From an uncultured Thermodesulfobacteriota bacterium (lineage in GTDB: Bacteria; Desulfobacterota; S145-22): a stretch of DNA of 64,000 nucleotides. Location: assembly GCA_964577975.1 (NCBI GenBank), contig CAZOBB010000199.1, positions 7,325 to 71,324 of the forward strand. Direction: 5' to 3'. The position numbers were made by a program, and so were the translations under genes. This document shows, piece after piece, positions 1 through 9,737 of the stretch (positions are counted from its first letter, which is position 1; each line of letters opens with the position of its first letter). Under the pieces are notes generated by a model that was given only the letters and a program-made list of their open reading frames with translations, made no database searches and was not told the origin of the DNA.

Positions 1-99
1 CCTTTTCTTCGCCTCTTCCAAGATCTCTTTTGCTTCTTCCCGCACCCGCTCCAGCTCTTTTTTCCCCTCCGCCTCCTTTTCCTTTTCCGTTTCCTCCAT
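1..99 (-). CDS. fliH: FliH-like flagellar assembly protein, N-terminal fragment (continues beyond window start)
   Basis: ATG at 99 (minus strand) opens MEETEKEKEAEGKKELERVREEAKEILEEAKKR, the E/K/A-rich coiled-coil typical of a FliH N-terminus. It lies immediately downstream of fliG in the canonical fliFGH order. The start is uncertain because an alternative frame begins at 228 with an ATGA overlap to the fliG stop. Confidence 0.4.
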   Translation of the reverse strand, partial: MEETEKEKEAEGKKELERVREEAKEILEEAKKR

Positions 100-224
100 T
101 TTCGAGAACAAGGGAAGAAACTTCTGAACCTCTCGTGAGTTTCCTCCCTGAAGGGGGTGAGTTCTCTCCATCGCAAAGTCCGAAAAAGCCAGGGGACTGA
201 AAACCGTCTTCTCCTCCGAACGGC

Positions 225-1250
225 TCATACCAGGACATCTCCCTCCCCACCGCCTCTGCTGATCATAATCTTCCCTTCTTGCTCAAGCCGCATCGCCACT
301 TTAATGATCTCCTGCTGCGCCTTTTCCACATCTGCCAGGCGAACAGGTCCCATCGCCTCCATGTCTTCCTTCAACATCTCGACGGCTCGCTCCGACATAT
401 TCTTAAAGATCTTCTCCTTGATTTCATCCCCCGCCGTCTTTAGAGCAAGCGCCAGATCCTGAGAAGTCACCTCCCGAAGGATAGCTTGAATACCACGGTC
501 GTCAATTTTGCCAAGATCATCAAACACAAACATCAACTGCCGGATGGCGTCCGCCATCTCTGGATCCGATTCTTCAAGCCTGGAAAGGATCGCCTGTTCG
601 GTGCTTCGTCCCGCCTGATTTAGAATTTCCGCCACCGGTTTCACACCCCCCAGCACCTGTCCAGATTTTCCTGTCGTCTGGATTTCATTTTCCAGCACAT
701 CCGCCACCTGTTTGAGCACCTCCATGGAAACATCTTCCAAAGTGGCAATCCGCTTAATCACCTCATCCTGGAGACGTTCGGGAAGAGATGCAATGATTTG
801 GCCCGATTTCGCCGGATCCATCTGTGCCAATATCAGGGCAATCGTCTGCGGATGCTCCGATCGGATAAAATTTGTCATCGTTTTCACATCCGCCTTATCA
901 AGAATCTCTTTCAAACGTTCCTGAGCATCCTCCTCTTCCTCAACATCTTGTTCCTTCTCCTCTCCCTCTTTCCCTTTCTTGCTATTCTGTTCCGATCCCC
1001 GATCCCCCCCTTGCTCCTTTCCTTCTCTCCCCTCCCTCGAAGCAGGCAAGAAATCCTCCGGGATTCTTCCCGCTACCTCACGAAAAACACGGTTTATTTC
1101 CTGGGGAGGAAGGGAACCGATGCTCTGCTTTGCCTTCTCCAACTTCTCCACTTCTTCAGGCGTCAATTTTTCAAGAACTTTTTGCGAAACTTCCGGACTC
1201 AACACCGAAAGGATAATGGCTGCCTTTTCCGTGCCATCCATGTATATCAC
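225..1250 (-). CDS. fliG: Flagellar motor switch protein FliG
   Basis: 341-aa ORF whose C-terminal torque helix region reads MFVFDDLGKIDDRGIQAILREV and which ends GGGEGDVLV, matching the FliG family. Its position after fliF fits the usual operon order. Confidence 0.9.
   Translation of the reverse strand: MIYMDGTEKAAIILSVLSPEVSQKVLEKLTPEEVEKLEKAKQSIGSLPPQEINRVFREVAGRIPEDFLPASREGREGKEQGGDRGSEQNSKKGKEGEEKEQDVEEEEDAQERLKEILDKADVKTMTNFIRSEHPQTIALILAQMDPAKSGQIIASLPERLQDEVIKRIATLEDVSMEVLKQVADVLENEIQTTGKSGQVLGGVKPVAEILNQAGRSTEQAILSRLEESDPEMADAIRQLMFVFDDLGKIDDRGIQAILREVTSQDLALALKTAGDEIKEKIFKNMSERAVEMLKEDMEAMGPVRLADVEKAQQEIIKVAMRLEQEGKIMISRGGGEGDVLV
914..1046 (-). repeat. Low-complexity acidic/Lys-rich segment inside fliG, replacing part of the N-domain
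   Basis: Translation gives PASREGREGKEQGGDRGSEQNSKKGKEGEEKEQDVEEEEDAQER. The underlying DNA is a purine/pyrimidine-skewed CT-rich tract on the plus strand. Confidence 0.6.
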
Positions 1251-1265
1251 CCCATCAACTTTTTT

Positions 1266-2849
1266 CTACGCTTCTTCACTTTCCTTTTCGGAAGTTTCCT
1301 TCAACAGTGAACGGATAAGCTCCACCATCTCGTCTACATTCGTTCGTGCCAATACTGTTATCTTTTGAACTTCAGGTGAAAGGGCAATGCTTATGGGATA
1401 ACCTCCTTCTGCGAGAAGAGGGGGACCCTGGGCCCCTGGAAGGGCAAGTTGTTGCTCCTTGAGCCACTTGAGGAATGGATTGAAGATAAAAAGATAAAAG
1501 AGGAAGAAAAGCAGCAGAATCGTCACATACTTTGCGGCAGGTAAAAGGACCTCTCGACTCAACAAACGATCGAGAAAGGAAACCTTTACCTCTTCCTCCT
1601 TCATCGTCTCGAAAGGTATATTGACGACACTCACCTTGTCCCCCCGATCCGGATTGAAACCGATGGCATTCTTTACAAGATTCTCAAGTTTTTTCATCTC
1701 CTCATCCGAACGGGGGACGTAAGTCCTCACTTCCTTTCCATCTTTCCCCTTTTTCATCTCATAGGTTCCGTCCAAAAGTACGGCGACAGAGAGAGATTTG
1801 ATCTCTCCGGGGGGCAAGATCTTCTTCGTTACTACCTTGCTGATTTCATAGTTAATGGTATCACTCGTCTTCTTGAATTGATTCTGAGGCGGCTGTGTCT
1901 TCTTGGCAGTGAGGCCTTGGCCTGGAATGTTAGAGGCCACACCCGGCACCCCCGTCGCCGTTTTTGTGCTCGAGGATTTTTCTTCCGTATGTTGCTCACT
2001 CCGGACCACGGCATTGGGATCATATTTTTCCTCCGTCTGCTGGGCCGCCGTGAAATCGATCTTGGCAGACACCCTTGCCACCACTTTCCCTGGTCCTACC
2101 ACCCGTTCCAAGATTGTCTGAACCTTTCTTTCCAACCTCCTTTCAATCGCTTCCTGAAGTTCTTGGTTATTCGAAGAAACCGCTTCCGCTCCATTTCCTT
2201 CCATCTTCGTTGTTAAAATGCTCCCCTTTTCATCGATTATCGTCACATTTTCGGGAGACAACCCTTCTACGCTGCTCGCCACCAAATACGCAATTCCCCG
2301 AATCTGGTTTTGATTCAACCGCATACCGGGTTTCAGCTTCAGTACTACGGAGGCCTTCGCCGGTTTTTGCTGCTCAACAAAAAGGGATTTTTCCGGCAAT
2401 GAGATATGGACGCGGCAACGGGAAACTTCCGACAGCTGATTGATAGTCCTGGCCAATTCCCCTTGGAGAGCTCGGACATAGTTAATTTTCTGAACGAACT
2501 CCGTCACCCCTAGTTTGGACTGATCAAAGATCTCGAACCCAATTCCCCCTCCTTGGGGAAGACCCTTTGAAGCCAACGCCAAACGCGTCTCGTATACCTT
2601 GTCTTGCGGAATGAGGATGGTCGTGCCCGAGTCCGTCAATTTATAAGGAATCTTCTGCGCTTTTAACTGAGACAAGATAGCCGCCGCATCATCCGGATTG
2701 AGATTGGTGTAAAGGGGACGATAGGGAACCCGTCCCGCCCATACAACCAGAAAGAGGATAACGGCAAGGCAAAAGACACACGCTGACACCAGAATTATTT
2801 TCCTGCTCGCTGATAAACTCGTCCACATCCTTTTCAATTGATCCAACAT
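1266..2849 (-). CDS. fliF: Flagellar M-ring protein FliF
   Basis: 527 aa with an N-terminal TM helix, a YscJ/FliF-like periplasmic ring region, a second TM near the C-terminus and an acidic tail. Located between fliE and fliG. Confidence 0.9.
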   Translation of the reverse strand: MLDQLKRMWTSLSASRKIILVSACVFCLAVILFLVVWAGRVPYRPLYTNLNPDDAAAILSQLKAQKIPYKLTDSGTTILIPQDKVYETRLALASKGLPQGGGIGFEIFDQSKLGVTEFVQKINYVRALQGELARTINQLSEVSRCRVHISLPEKSLFVEQQKPAKASVVLKLKPGMRLNQNQIRGIAYLVASSVEGLSPENVTIIDEKGSILTTKMEGNGAEAVSSNNQELQEAIERRLERKVQTILERVVGPGKVVARVSAKIDFTAAQQTEEKYDPNAVVRSEQHTEEKSSSTKTATGVPGVASNIPGQGLTAKKTQPPQNQFKKTSDTINYEISKVVTKKILPPGEIKSLSVAVLLDGTYEMKKGKDGKEVRTYVPRSDEEMKKLENLVKNAIGFNPDRGDKVSVVNIPFETMKEEEVKVSFLDRLLSREVLLPAAKYVTILLLFFLFYLFIFNPFLKWLKEQQLALPGAQGPPLLAEGGYPISIALSPEVQKITVLARTNVDEMVELIRSLLKETSEKESEEA

Positions 2850-2886
2850 TGAGATCCTCTCTCCCTTTCTTCTATCCTAACCTATC

Positions 2887-3189
2887 TTAGGTTTGCATAC
2901 GCATAATCTCCTGATAGGCCTCCACTATCTTATTGCGAACCTGCATCATCATCCGAAAAGAGATGTCGGCTTTTTCGATGGCCAGCATGGTCTCATGGAT
3001 GTTTCCACCTTCTCCCGTCGCAAGCTTCTTCACCGCCTCATCCGCCTCTTTCTGAAGCTCGTTCACCTTTTCCAGCGATTCCTTCAGCGTTTCTTGAAAC
3101 GACTTCCCCTCCACAGGTCTTTCAACCTTTTGAGAGGGATCCTGCATGAGGGATTCAAGGGTACTTTGTATGGTTATATCTTTCACCAT
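2887..3189 (-). CDS. fliE: Flagellar hook-basal body protein FliE
   Basis: 100-aa ORF ending ...[17 protein letters not shown], typical of the FliE C-terminus. It follows flgC. Confidence 0.85.
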   Translation of the reverse strand: MVKDITIQSTLESLMQDPSQKVERPVEGKSFQETLKESLEKVNELQKEADEAVKKLATGEGGNIHETMLAIEKADISFRMMMQVRNKIVEAYQEIMRMQT

Positions 3190-3201
3190 TCCCTCCTTCC
3201 A

Positions 3202-3642
3202 TTAACGATTGGCAATATCCAACGCCTTCAGTGCCATATTCTTCGCAGCGTCGATGGCAGCGATGTTGGCTTCATACGACCGTGTCGCGTTGATCAGATT
3301 CACCATCTCCACCACGGTATTAACATTTGGCATCTTCACATACCCGTCCTTGTCCGCATCGGGATGCCCGGGATCATAGACAAGTTTAAAAGGGGTGGGA
3401 TCTTTCACCACCTCTTTCACGCGTACCCCCTCCAAAGAATTCTTAAGCGCCTCCTGCATCGCATCGTCAAAGGTGGATCGCACTGGAACAGCTTCAAAGA
3501 CTACATCCTGCCGCCGGTAAGGTCCTCCTTGCGGCGTCCGCGTGGTTTGAGCATTCGCAAGATTACTCGATATGATATTCAATCGGTATCGTTGCGCATT
3601 AAGAGCCGAACCGCTGATTTTAATCGCCGTAAAAAAGTCCAT
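3202..3642 (-). CDS. flgC: Flagellar basal-body rod protein FlgC
   Basis: 146 aa carrying SSNLANAQTT and the C-terminal MVNLINATRSYEANIAAIDAAKNM rod-protein motifs. Confidence 0.9.
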   Translation of the reverse strand: MDFFTAIKISGSALNAQRYRLNIISSNLANAQTTRTPQGGPYRRQDVVFEAVPVRSTFDDAMQEALKNSLEGVRVKEVVKDPTPFKLVYDPGHPDADKDGYVKMPNVNTVVEMVNLINATRSYEANIAAIDAAKNMALKALDIANR

Positions 3643-3645
3643 CTG

Positions 3646-4044
3646 CTATTTCACCCCTTCAATGGTATCTTTCAACCATTCAAGTTTTCTGGCCAGTATC
3701 TGCGCGTACGTATTGTAAAGCAACTGGTTGATAGCCAGATCTCCCATCTCTTCATCCAGTTGCACGTTATTTCCGTCCAGCCCTACTCCTGGCGCCTGAC
3801 GAACCTTCACGACCGGGAGAATCTCCTCCTTTCCACCCTCCGGCAAATGGCGCGGATTCGTGCGGACCAATGGAAGGGTATCCCCCTTGATTTGACTCAA
3901 CGTCTCCTCAAAATCGAGATGTTGTGCCTTGTAACCCGGTGTGTCCGAGTTGGCAATATTTGCCGCAATGAGGTCATGCTCCAATGACCTCAGGTTCATG
4001 ACCTTTGCCAATAAATCCAGAGAAGGACTAAAAATATTGAGCAA
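3646..4044 (-). CDS. flgB: Flagellar basal-body rod protein FlgB (TTG start)
   Basis: ANIANSDTPGYKA is the FlgB hallmark. The start codon is TTG at 4044..4042, preceded by GGGAGG 7 nt upstream. Confidence 0.9.
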   Translation of the reverse strand: MLNIFSPSLDLLAKVMNLRSLEHDLIAANIANSDTPGYKAQHLDFEETLSQIKGDTLPLVRTNPRHLPEGGKEEILPVVKVRQAPGVGLDGNNVQLDEEMGDLAINQLLYNTYAQILARKLEWLKDTIEGVK

Positions 4045-4078
4045 GGTGCCACCTCCCTTCCATTCTCACTCTTTTTGT

Positions 4079-4094
4079 TGCAATATTCATACCA
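4079..4094 (-). promoter_or_regulatory. Sigma-54 (-24/-12) promoter upstream of flgB
   Basis: The minus strand reads TGGTATGAATATTGCA, with GG and GC separated by exactly 10 nt as in the TGGCAC-N5-TTGC consensus. The -12 element lies about 35 nt upstream of the flgB start, and sigma-54 activators are encoded directly upstream. Confidence 0.55.
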
Positions 4095-4104
4095 AAGTTT
4101 TCCT

Positions 4105-5478
4105 TTATTCTACCTCTCCCATTTGCCCAGAAAATTCCGAGTCCTGTCGATACTCCGACAGCTTGTTTCTCAACGTTCGAATGCTTATTCCCAGCATCTT
4201 TGCGGCCTTCGTCCGGTTCCCCCCCACTTCCTTCAAAGTTTTCAAGATCAGAAGTTTCTCCACCTCTTTGACCGATTGCCCGGCGGTTATGTTCAAATCT
4301 TTGACGCCCTGACCCAAAATTTCCCTCTCGTCCAACACAATATCAGTCTCTTCAATTCTTCCCCCTCGCGAGATGAGGACAGCCCGTGCCATTACATTCT
4401 GAAGTTCGCGTATGTTTCCAGGCCATGGATACTTTTGGAGTTTTTCCAAAGCTTCCTTCGAGATCGCCTTAACCTTCCGCCCATTCTCCCTCGAATACAC
4501 TCCCACAAAGTGCCGAGCGAGAAGAGGGATATCTTCTTTCCTCTCCCGGAGAGGGGGTACGTTGACCTTGATAACATTCAAACGGTAGAAAAGGTCTTCA
4601 CGAAAGGAATTCTCTTCAACCATCTTTTTAAGGTCGGCATTGGTCGTTGCCAAAACCCGCACATCCACGGGAATGGGGGCCTTGCCGCCTACCCGATCGA
4701 TCTCGAACTCCTGCAAGACTCTCAACAACTTGGCTTGAAGGGGTTTCTGCATCTCCCCAATTTCATCCAGGAGGAGGGTTCCTTTGTTTGCCAATTCAAA
4801 TTTACCCGTTTTCTGGGTCGACGCACCTGTAAAAGCGCCCCGTTCATGCCCAAACAGCTCGCTTTCCAAGAGATTCTCAGGAATGGCAGCACAATTCACC
4901 GCCACGAAAGGCTTGGATCTCCTTGGACTCTTGAAATGGATATACCGTGCGATCAGCTCTTTTCCCGTTCCGCTTTCTCCTTCAATAAGAACGGTGCATC
5001 GACTCGACGCAATGCTATCACAAAACGCCAACATCTCGCGAAAGGGGGCGGAATCCCCTACCAAGGTTCGGCCGAATCCCTCGATGTCCCTACCCTCCTT
5101 GCCAGTTCCTTCAGGAGAAGGAACCACATTGTCGATCACCTTTCGAAGGTCCTCAAACGAAAAGGGTTTGAGAATATAATCCATCGCCCCTCGCTTCATG
5201 GCATCGACCGCATCCCCTATCGTTCCATACGCCGTGATCACTAAAACAGGTGTGTCAGAAATTTGCCGTATTTTCGTTAGCACCTCAATTCCATTCATTC
5301 CTTCCATTTTCACATCCGTGATCACAAGATCCGGCCGCAGTTTCTCGAATTCTACCACTCCCTCCTCACCGCTCGCTGCCAGAAACACCTGCCATTCCGC
5401 GCGGATCAACGCCTCCTTCAAGGCCACCCGCATGTTGGGATCATCATCGATGACAAGAATACGACCTTTCTTCCCCAT
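4105..5478 (-). CDS. Sigma-54-dependent response regulator (NtrC family; FlrC/FleR-like flagellar regulator)
   Basis: Receiver domain (ILVIDDD ... VITDVKMEGMNG), AAA+ sigma-54 interaction domain (GESGTGKE, GAFTGA, ESELFGHE) and a C-terminal Fis-type HTH. The likely start is MGKKGRILVIDDD at about 5478; the ORF-track start at 5601 would overlap the kinase. Confidence 0.85.
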   Translation of the reverse strand: MGKKGRILVIDDDPNMRVALKEALIRAEWQVFLAASGEEGVVEFEKLRPDLVITDVKMEGMNGIEVLTKIRQISDTPVLVITAYGTIGDAVDAMKRGAMDYILKPFSFEDLRKVIDNVVPSPEGTGKEGRDIEGFGRTLVGDSAPFREMLAFCDSIASSRCTVLIEGESGTGKELIARYIHFKSPRRSKPFVAVNCAAIPENLLESELFGHERGAFTGASTQKTGKFELANKGTLLLDEIGEMQKPLQAKLLRVLQEFEIDRVGGKAPIPVDVRVLATTNADLKKMVEENSFREDLFYRLNVIKVNVPPLRERKEDIPLLARHFVGVYSRENGRKVKAISKEALEKLQKYPWPGNIRELQNVMARAVLISRGGRIEETDIVLDEREILGQGVKDLNITAGQSVKEVEKLLILKTLKEVGGNRTKAAKMLGISIRTLRNKLSEYRQDSEFSGQMGEVE

Positions 5479-5491
5479 TTCCGACTCCTTG

Positions 5492-6802
5492 CTATCCCCT
5501 TTTTGCAGTCGATTTCCTGCACGCAGGGAGAAATACCTTGAAAACACTTCCGACTTCGGGCTCGCTTTCCACCTCGATAATTCCCCCATGCTGGTCGACA
5601 ATGGTCTGAACTATAGCCAATCCCAGTCCCGTTCCCTTCCGTTTCGTGCTAAAAAAGGGCGTAAAAATTTTCTTCAACAAATCGGCAGGCATCCCCTTTC
5701 CGGTATCTCCCACCATAATTTTCACCAAACATGCCTGATCCTGCTTGCAAACCGACAAGAACGGTTCCCGCTCCGGATAGGTAAAGCGTTTTTCCAGTTT
5801 TGCCCTCAATGTGAGGACACCTCCAGCCGGCATGGCCTGGACCGCATTCAGGACAAGATTGAGAAAAACCTGCCAAATCAGCTCCCTGTCAGCCACAAGA
5901 TCCACTTCCCGCGCCTCGTCAAAACTTCGTTGAAGCTCGATGGAGGATTGGGACAAAAGCGGTTGAATAAATTCCGAAAACTCTTCCAGAAAAGACATCA
6001 ATGGAATCCTCGAAATACTTGGCTTGTGGGGACGTGTAAACTGTAAGAGATTTGAAATAATATGGTCCATGGTCTTCACGGACGTCAAGATATGGTCGCA
6101 AAAAGCCTGTTTTTCCTTCTGTCCCTCCAGATCCTTCTTCAACACAGAGGCAAATAATTCAATACTCCCCAGCGGATTTCGAATTTCATGGGCGACCTGC
6201 GCCGCCATCTCCCCCATCTCCGCCAGGCGATCGCGCCGAGCCAGCTGCTGTTCAAGCCGTTTTAGTTGAGTTCTGTCTTGAAAGATGAAGATTGAACCTA
6301 TAACTCGCGCGTTACGATCCTTTAGCTGGGAACGCCATATCCCAACCGTTTGGAAGACATCCTCCCTTCGAAACGCCTGCGTCTCGATGATGGGCTGGTG
6401 GTCCGTTGCAAGGGAATCGAGAAAGAGTGACCCCCAAGGATATTTCGCAAATAATGCTTTCAGGCTCATTCCCGTAGCCTTTTCCATGGGGATCTGAAAC
6501 ATTTCACTCGCCACGCGGTTGAAAAGGGACACCTTCCCCCTTTGATCACAAACCAATATTCCCACGTCCAAGCTTTCAAGAATATTCCTCAAATAATTTG
6601 CCAGGCGTTCCTTTTCCTTCAGGTTTTTGGCCAAAGCCTCGTTCTTTACTTTCAATTCCGCATTGAGGACATCGACCTGCTTCTCCAACTCGTGATAGGA
6701 ATTTTCAAGGCTTCGAGTGGCCTCTGTAAAGGATTCAAAGGCGGCCTGTAACATTTCCACGTAATCGGAAGGAATTCCCTTCATCGTCGAGGGCATGTTC
6801 AT
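5492..6802 (-). CDS. Cytoplasmic PAS sensor histidine kinase (FlrB/FleS-like)
   Basis: No TM helices. PAS region, HisKA H-box (AAQVAHEIRNPLGSI) and HATPase_c (GTGLGLAIV). Sits immediately upstream of the sigma-54 regulator, and the probable start MNMPSTMKG abuts the TPR gene stop. Confidence 0.8.
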   Translation of the reverse strand: MNMPSTMKGIPSDYVEMLQAAFESFTEATRSLENSYHELEKQVDVLNAELKVKNEALAKNLKEKERLANYLRNILESLDVGILVCDQRGKVSLFNRVASEMFQIPMEKATGMSLKALFAKYPWGSLFLDSLATDHQPIIETQAFRREDVFQTVGIWRSQLKDRNARVIGSIFIFQDRTQLKRLEQQLARRDRLAEMGEMAAQVAHEIRNPLGSIELFASVLKKDLEGQKEKQAFCDHILTSVKTMDHIISNLLQFTRPHKPSISRIPLMSFLEEFSEFIQPLLSQSSIELQRSFDEAREVDLVADRELIWQVFLNLVLNAVQAMPAGGVLTLRAKLEKRFTYPEREPFLSVCKQDQACLVKIMVGDTGKGMPADLLKKIFTPFFSTKRKGTGLGLAIVQTIVDQHGGIIEVESEPEVGSVFKVFLPACRKSTAKRG

Positions 6803-9723
6803 CACTGTCTTCTCTCCATTCCGTTTTGAAATTCCCGGGCATGTCGGATGAACCAACCAAATGTCTGCTTCAGATCCTCTGCGTTCCGCTTCCAGAAAGG
6901 ATCCGCCGCCTGGGTTCCCAAGGCCTCATACACCCCCTGGACCTTTTTAAGATTCTTTTTTCGCTCATACAACACACCCAGCCGATAGAGCGCCCAGTCT
7001 CGCTGACTTCCCGGTGGAACATTTTTCACGATTTTTTGGTAGGCCGTGATTGCTTCGTCCGTTTTCCCTTCGAGAACAAGCAGTTCCGCCAACTGTAACT
7101 GTATCTCCCATTTCAGCCACACGACTTGAGCACCCGTCTCACCCTTCTCTACTTTCGCAAGGAGCTTTCTGGCGGCAAGGAGAAATTCCCTTGCCATCTT
7201 CACGTCTTTCTTTTTCATATAACACATCGCCACCTTGTAAGAGAGAAAAGCCTTGTCCTGAGCGGGAAAATCCCCTTCCATGGCCGCTTGGTAGGCCTCT
7301 CTCGCCAGCAGCCATTTTCCCTCATTATAAGCAAAATCCCCCAACAACCTGTTTATATACGGAAGGAGCGGAGAGTGGGGAAACATCCGGCGATACCACT
7401 CCAGCAAAGCAAGTGACTCTTTCTTCTTCCCCGCCATGTTCAACCCTTTTACATGGAGCACAAAGAGGGCTTCCACCTTTTCTTTCTCTCTCTCTGTACG
7501 CACCAACGACAAAATCTCCTTCAGCTCGTTCGATATAAGGGCTGCGGCTTTCAAATTGTCCATCTTCGGAAGAAACGCCTGAAGAGAATCAACAACCTTT
7601 TCCCTCTCTTTCGCCAACGGATACGCCTCCAGGAATTTTGTTGTAAGCATTAAAGCGCGGGGATAATCCTTTTTCAGAATCGTCAACATCAACACATTAA
7701 AATCATAGGTCCTCTTCAAATCACCCCTGAGCTTCTTCGTTTCAAGGGTCTTAAGTATCTTTTCTGCCTCCTTCAGTCGCCCTTTTTTCAAATAGCATCC
7801 TGAAACCTCTAAAAGTAACGGCAGATTCACCGGTAAAGCCGCTTTTTTGTAGAGTCGATAAGTTTCCACACACCGTGTAAAACGCTTCCTCTTTACATCT
7901 TCCATAACCATTGCCAACAAGGTCTTATTCAACAACTTCCGTCCCTCTTCAGCTTCGGGGGCATTTGGATAGGTTTGAACAAGCTTCATGAAGACTGCCG
8001 CCGCCTTATCGGGATCCTTTTTAAGGAGGAGTTTCCCTTTTTGGAGAAGGGCTTTCTTAAGAATAAAGGGGTCGTTTTGTTCCTTCAAAATTTTATTATA
8101 CGCCTGGAGAGGAAAATAATAGGGATCCGGCCCATAATAAAATCCCCTGTATTTGATTCCCGGATGGCGCTGTGAAAGGTCCGCCATCCGCATCGTTGCC
8201 GTAACGGCTTGCTTGCTCTTTGGATACTGCGAAATAATCTTTGAATAAATCTTCAGTGCTTCCCTGCACCGATTCATCCTCTCGTACAAGGATCCAATCT
8301 TTAACATCAAAATTGCTTTCTGCGCTTCTGAAGACGAAATGTTCAAGGCGGTAAACATGAGATCAAGGGCCTGATCATATCGTCCATCTTTCGCAAAAAT
8401 CGCCGCCATGTTCTCAAGGGTTTTAAAATTTGTAGCCATCGATTGAGGCCACTGCGTCAACGCCTTTTGATAAATTTCGATCGCCCTTTGCACGTCCCCC
8501 TGATAATACAAGGCGTCCCCAAGAGAATATGTCACATCCTGAAGAAATCTCCCCCGCGGATATTTCTCCAGATATTCCCTAAAAACCGATTCCGCCGATG
8601 AAAAAGATTGCTTTAACAACTGCAATTGACCAATCAAGAAGAGAGCCTCTTCGGCGTACGTGCTCTCAGGATACTTTTCTATCACGCGCCGTCCCACCTC
8701 AATAGCCTGATTATAAAACGTCAACGTTTTATAGAGGCTCATAAGATCCATGAGGGCTCGAGGCTCCCAGGATGCCCCCGCATACTTCCCTAAAATCTCC
8801 TTATAAGCCTCAGAGGCCCTTATGGCGCCTTTAGGATTTTGTCCTCCAATCCAATAGAGGGATTTTGCCCAATAATATGCGCTTTCTTCCGCTTCCCTCG
8901 TCCGAGGAACCTTGTTCATGATACGCCGGAATAGTTTTGCCGCTTGCCGATAATCCCTTTGGTCATAGGCTCTTTTCGCCTTCTTCAAGAGTACGTAAAT
9001 GGTCGAATCGTTTGCCGATGGCAGGATCAATTTATTTGTTTTATTTGTTGTTTCTCCCGCCTTTTTTCCTTCCGCGGCTTTTTGAGGTTTTCTCTTTTGA
9101 TCTGCCGATTCCTCTTTCGAAACGGCCTTCTTGGCATACGACGCCTTCGGAGCCGCTACCTTTGTCGAGCTTGTAGCGCGCGATCCTTTTGTCCCCTCCA
9201 GATTTTTTCCGGTTTTGGGCTTTCCTTTCGTCACAGCCACTCTGGCAGGGCTGGCTTTTCTCCGTGAAGAAGGTCGGTGTACAGGCGATTTCTTACCTAA
9301 TTTCCTGGAACTTCTCATGTTTTTCACACTCACAACCACCTGGGGAGGGGTCCGTCTCTGATATTTAACGTATTCGGGTCTTCGCACTCTCAGGTTCATC
9401 ACAACCTTGATTCCCTTGGGAAAGGCATATATTACAAGGTCTTTAACAACCCCCTTTCCGACCTTTAATCTCTTTTTTTTCATTCCCTTCCGGGCACCTG
9501 GAAAAAGAAGAACAAGGGATGTCCCTTTCCAATAGGAGCCGGTCCGCCGAGGAACGGCATTTTTGAAAAGGAACCTAATCCTTACAAAACTCGCCGTTGT
9601 TCCTACTTTTATCCCCTTAAGAATCGGTACGGAACGTCCCCATACCGTAACGCCATGCAACAAGAGAAAGAGGACACCCATCAAACAGAGGTATTTCCCG
9701 CTTTTTGGCACAAGACTCTTCAT
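6802..9723 (-). CDS. Large TPR-repeat protein with N-terminal signal/TM and a Lys/Ala/Pro-rich histone-H1-like segment
   Basis: About 970 aa. Signal-like N-terminus MKSLVPKSGKYLCLMGVLFLLLHG, then a K/A/S/T-rich tract (KGKPKTGKNLEGTKGSRATSSTKVAAPKASYAKKAVSKEE...), then TPR-like repeats through the C-terminus. The start is uncertain. Co-directional and contiguous with the kinase and regulator genes. Confidence 0.7.
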   Translation of the reverse strand: MKSLVPKSGKYLCLMGVLFLLLHGVTVWGRSVPILKGIKVGTTASFVRIRFLFKNAVPRRTGSYWKGTSLVLLFPGARKGMKKKRLKVGKGVVKDLVIYAFPKGIKVVMNLRVRRPEYVKYQRRTPPQVVVSVKNMRSSRKLGKKSPVHRPSSRRKASPARVAVTKGKPKTGKNLEGTKGSRATSSTKVAAPKASYAKKAVSKEESADQKRKPQKAAEGKKAGETTNKTNKLILPSANDSTIYVLLKKAKRAYDQRDYRQAAKLFRRIMNKVPRTREAEESAYYWAKSLYWIGGQNPKGAIRASEAYKEILGKYAGASWEPRALMDLMSLYKTLTFYNQAIEVGRRVIEKYPESTYAEEALFLIGQLQLLKQSFSSAESVFREYLEKYPRGRFLQDVTYSLGDALYYQGDVQRAIEIYQKALTQWPQSMATNFKTLENMAAIFAKDGRYDQALDLMFTALNISSSEAQKAILMLKIGSLYERMNRCREALKIYSKIISQYPKSKQAVTATMRMADLSQRHPGIKYRGFYYGPDPYYFPLQAYNKILKEQNDPFILKKALLQKGKLLLKKDPDKAAAVFMKLVQTYPNAPEAEEGRKLLNKTLLAMVMEDVKRKRFTRCVETYRLYKKAALPVNLPLLLEVSGCYLKKGRLKEAEKILKTLETKKLRGDLKRTYDFNVLMLTILKKDYPRALMLTTKFLEAYPLAKEREKVVDSLQAFLPKMDNLKAAALISNELKEILSLVRTEREKEKVEALFVLHVKGLNMAGKKKESLALLEWYRRMFPHSPLLPYINRLLGDFAYNEGKWLLAREAYQAAMEGDFPAQDKAFLSYKVAMCYMKKKDVKMAREFLLAARKLLAKVEKGETGAQVVWLKWEIQLQLAELLVLEGKTDEAITAYQKIVKNVPPGSQRDWALYRLGVLYERKKNLKKVQGVYEALGTQAADPFWKRNAEDLKQTFGWFIRHAREFQNGMERRQ

Positions 9724-9737
9724 CAAACCAATGTCTA

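Noticed and set aside
2893-3987. 364-aa plus-strand ORF
   Set aside because: Antisense to flgB, flgC and fliE. Skewed H/L/R composition with no domain signal.
4045-4062. TGGCACCTTGCT immediately before the flgB start, a possible sigma-54 promoter
   Set aside because: The GG to GC spacing is 4 nt too short for a -24/-12 promoter. It overlaps the RBS (GGGAGGTGGCACC). The correctly spaced element lies 30 nt further upstream.
4075-5244. 389-aa plus-strand ORF
   Set aside because: Antisense to the sigma-54 response regulator gene. No recognisable motifs.
5479-5601. ORF-track N-terminal extension of the response regulator (MSTSMGELSRW...)
   Set aside because: It would overlap the kinase by 110 nt. 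The receiver domain begins at MGKKGRILVIDDD, so the extension is not used.
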